A stretch of DNA of 64,000 nt from Sphyrna mokarran (Eukaryota): the NCBI GenBank assembly GCA_024679065.1, contig JAGIQG010000009.1, positions 53,816,001 through 53,880,000 of the forward strand, written 5' to 3'. Positions 60,945-64,000 of the stretch are shown piece after piece. Positions within the stretch are counted from its first letter, which is position 1; every line of letters starts with the position of its first letter. The translations under genes were made by a program, and so were the position numbers. The notes beneath the pieces were generated by a model. The model ran no database searches, had not been told where the DNA came from, and worked only from the letters and a program-made list of their open reading frames with translations.

Positions 60945-61490
60945 TGTTACACAATTGTTTAAAAAAGAGAAGATGGTTAAAACAGATAACTACAAACTAG
61001 TACCAGTCAGTCTAACTTCAGTGGCAAGGAAATCTTTAGAGACAATAATCTAGAACAAAATTAATTGCCACTTGGAGACAACATAAGTTTGTTAAAGGCA
61101 GGTTGTGTTTGACTAATTTGATTAGGATCTCTGAAGTAATGGAAAGAGTTGGTAAAGATAGTGTGGTTGATATTGTCAACATAGACTTTAAGAAGATGCA
61201 TGATAAGGTACCACATAATAAGACTTGTTGACTAAATGAAAGCCCGTCTGATCAAAGGAAGTGGTAGAATGAAGACAAAATTGTATAACGTACAGGATGA
61301 AGTGAATAAATGCGAATGGCTGTTTTTCAGAATGGAGGGAAGCATAAATTGTTGCACTCCAGGAGCTGGTATTTGGACCATTGTTCTGTTTAATATAGCA
61401 AATGACTTGGACATAATTTTAAAGTTCACAGATGAGACACAACTAGGAAAATAAGTAATAGTGGGGGAGACTAATAGATTTCAGGAAAAT
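60945..61490 (+). mobile_element. Degenerate CR1 RT fragment
   Basis: NY.PVSLTSV, DFKKMHDKVPHNRL and ANDLDIILKFTDETQLG remnants. Confidence 0.72.
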
Positions 61491-61809
61491 ATATTTTAAA
61501 ATTCATTTACAGGATGTGCATGTTTGGCTGGGTCAGCATTTATTGCCCATCCTGAATTGCCTTTGAACTGAATGGTTTATTGGGCTATTTTAATGGATAT
61601 TTTCAGAGTCAACCACATTTCTGTGGATCAGGAGTTATGTAGGCCAGACCAGGTTAGGATAACAGATTTCCTTTCCTGAAGGATACCAGTGAACCAGGAG
61701 GAATTTACAGCATTGGCAAATTGTTTCATAGTCATCATTAGACTTTTAAATCCAGATTTTTATTGAATTCAAATCCTACCTTCTGCCATGGTGGGATTCA
61801 AACCTGGGT

Positions 61810-62222
61810 CATAGAATCCCTACGTGCAGAAGGGGGTCATTCAGCCTATCATGCCTGCATTAACTCTCTGACAGAGCATCTTACCCAATCCCTTTCCCCC
61901 ACCCCATCCCCGTAACCCCAGTCATTTATTATTGTTAATACATCTATTACACACATCTTGGATTTTCACAATAAATTCATTACAGTGTTAATGTAAGCCT
62001 ACTTGTGACACTAATAAATTTTAAGGGGCAATATAGCATGGCCAATCCACCTAACCTACACATCTTTGGAGTATGGGGGGGAGGGGGGGGGGGGTGATCT
62101 AGAGTACCCGAAGGAAATTCATGCGAACATGGAAAGAATTTGCAAACTCCACAAAATCACATAAAGCCAGAATTGAATGGTGTCCCTGATGTTGTGAGGC
62201 CACTGTGCTAAGCACTGTACCT
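61810..62222 (-). mobile_element. HE1-type V-SINE (rearranged)
   Basis: Tail, V-domain and head on the minus strand, with an inverted tail piece at ~61975-62020. Confidence 0.7.
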
Positions 62223-63592
62223 CCAAGGTGGAGTGTTTGAACTCAATTCCAAATTGATTGGCAAGAAACCTGCCTCCCATGAAATTCGAACTTGTGTCTA
62301 AGAAATTAAAGGCTAACATTATTTCACTGCATTGCCCAGAGCCCCCAATATTTTTGTCATGTGATAATACTGACATAATTTTTAGGAGCTGGGTAAATTC
62401 GGACTACTTTATTATAATACCCTCTTTAGGATTTGCCTTCAATGGCCATTGCTTATTTCACAGGTAATTTTTGGGAATTTGGGCATTGAACCCTGATGGC
62501 ATTGATTGAGAGTTCTATGCTTAGAGATATTTTCTGGCAGCTCTTGGCTACTTAAAGTTTAAAGTTTTAAAATATAAAGTAAAAGTTTAAATAAAGTTTA
62601 TTTATTAGTGTCACAAATAAGCCCACTTTAACACTGTGAAATTACTGTGAAAATCTCCTTTCAATGGCTCTTCCTTTTCTACTTTTCTGCAGCCTGTGTA
62701 AAGATGAATAGATGATGGTTCCATGGGGAGACTCAAAGATGCTTAAGTTCAGCAAGGTTTACTATGTTCCAGAATCAGTCTTATTTGGCTGCATTTCATT
62801 GTTTGATAAATATGTGTTGTAAGTTAAATGTATCCAATACAATGTATTTAATGTTTACTTTTTATAAACTTGATCTGCAGATTTGTAGTTAATTCTAAGC
62901 CAAATAGTCCTTAGAAAACTGAATGGATGAACAGATCTTCAAAAGGTAAGCACTTGTCTGTTTAAAGCAAAAATTAACTCATAGTGTTTTAATTTTCAGA
63001 TAATTTAACAATTAACCACTTATCTTTCTGATTGCACAAGTTAATAACTGGGATAGCAATCAACATGTCCTGGATGCATTATTTTTCTTCCAATGGTCTC
63101 CCTCAGCATCCTTCCCTGATTTTTTTTTGATGTAACCACTGCCAATGTATTTGTCATTGCACTTCCCTTTGCAGTTCAGAATTTTGCTTTAAGTTGTCTT
63201 GCTTTAGATGCAGACTCTCTTCCTTGTATTGTGGGCAGAAATTCTTAATCCTGCAGTAATTGTTTGCCACATTAGAAATTCCCTGCAGCGGTGTGGCAGT
63301 GAACCTGTGTCTGTGTGTTTCAGATTTTTGGGCTTTCTGCAGTTACATGATTAAAATTAAGTATAATAAATCATTTTCAGCAATGTACTTTACAAACTGA
63401 GGTGTGATCTATATGTGCAATAATTCAATAATGTAGCATTGTCCTGAGTGATGACATGCATCTCCCAGTGTTCACCTATTTAGTTTTGTAAGGACTAGTG
63501 TCTTAGAATTAGCTGTGAATCTACAGATCAAGTTTATGAAAAGTAAACATGAAATACATTAATATCTACATTCAGTATTATTCTTTGCTCTT

Positions 63593-63688
63593 AGCTCTAA
63601 GGCTCATCTAGATTCGAAACGTTGGCTCCATTCTCTCCCCACAGATGCTGTCAGAGCCGCTGAGATTTTCCAGCATTTTGTTTGTTTC
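63593..63688 (+). repeat. Family B-related short repeat with the hammerhead core partly deleted
   Basis: AGCTCTAAGGCTCATCTAGATTCGAAACGTTGGCTCC...ACAGATGCTGTCAGAGCCGCTGAGATTTTCCAGCATTTT. Confidence 0.7.
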
Positions 63689-64000
63689 AATACTATTCAG
63701 TTTATTTTACCCTAGTTCACTATGTGTCTTCCTCTTATTCAGTACAATAGCCAGTGATCATTCTGCTGCTAGTTAAGCATGTTATCGTCAATGGGTACAT
63801 CAGTGTGGAAGTGGATGAGAATATAGATTGAAATAAACATGCCTCTGAATCTAATCTATTGTGGTGGAATAATGCAGAATGCGCAAATAAGTATACACGA
63901 GCGAGAGATGATGGTGACAGGAATGGTGAAGCAGTGCGATGTTAAGTGCTAGATTAAAGAGAGTTCACGCTATTATCAATAAAACAATGCGGAACGACTG

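Noticed and set aside
30500-64000. PLA2G4A coding exons
   Set aside because: No C2-domain or catalytic-domain peptide was recognised. Only unassigned exon candidates were found.

Overview
Vertebrate genomic DNA, almost certainly from a shark or other elasmobranch, judged by abundant HE1-type V-SINEs, CR1/HER1 LINEs and Deu-domain SINEs. One intact gene is present: PTGS2 (cyclooxygenase-2) on the minus strand. It has 10 coding exons from 30308 to 24473, all introns GT-AG, and encodes 617 aa ending in STEL. It carries a CRE/AP-1/ETS/GC-box proximal promoter and an AU-rich 3'UTR of about 1.5 kb. The rest is mostly decayed mobile DNA: CR1 LINEs, SINEs, a Gypsy gag/protease remnant, Penelope-like (GIY-YIG) remnants and a Harbinger transposase remnant. 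The most interesting signals are these. (1) Two families of short Penelope-associated repeats contain minimal type-I hammerhead ribozyme folds. One copy lies sense in PTGS2 intron 9, and an identical 46-bp copy in the PTGS2 3'UTR ends exactly at the predicted GUC cleavage site. (2) A lone pseudo-exon of an NCF2/p67phox-like SH3 domain appears to have been carried in with a downstream SINE. (3) Several locally templated direct or inverted duplications of non-TE sequence lie 1-2 kb apart. (4) A CpG-retaining cluster of HIF/C-EBP/AP-1 motifs sits about 7 kb upstream of PTGS2. Repeat boundaries are approximate, and family names come from motif recognition by eye, not from database searches.
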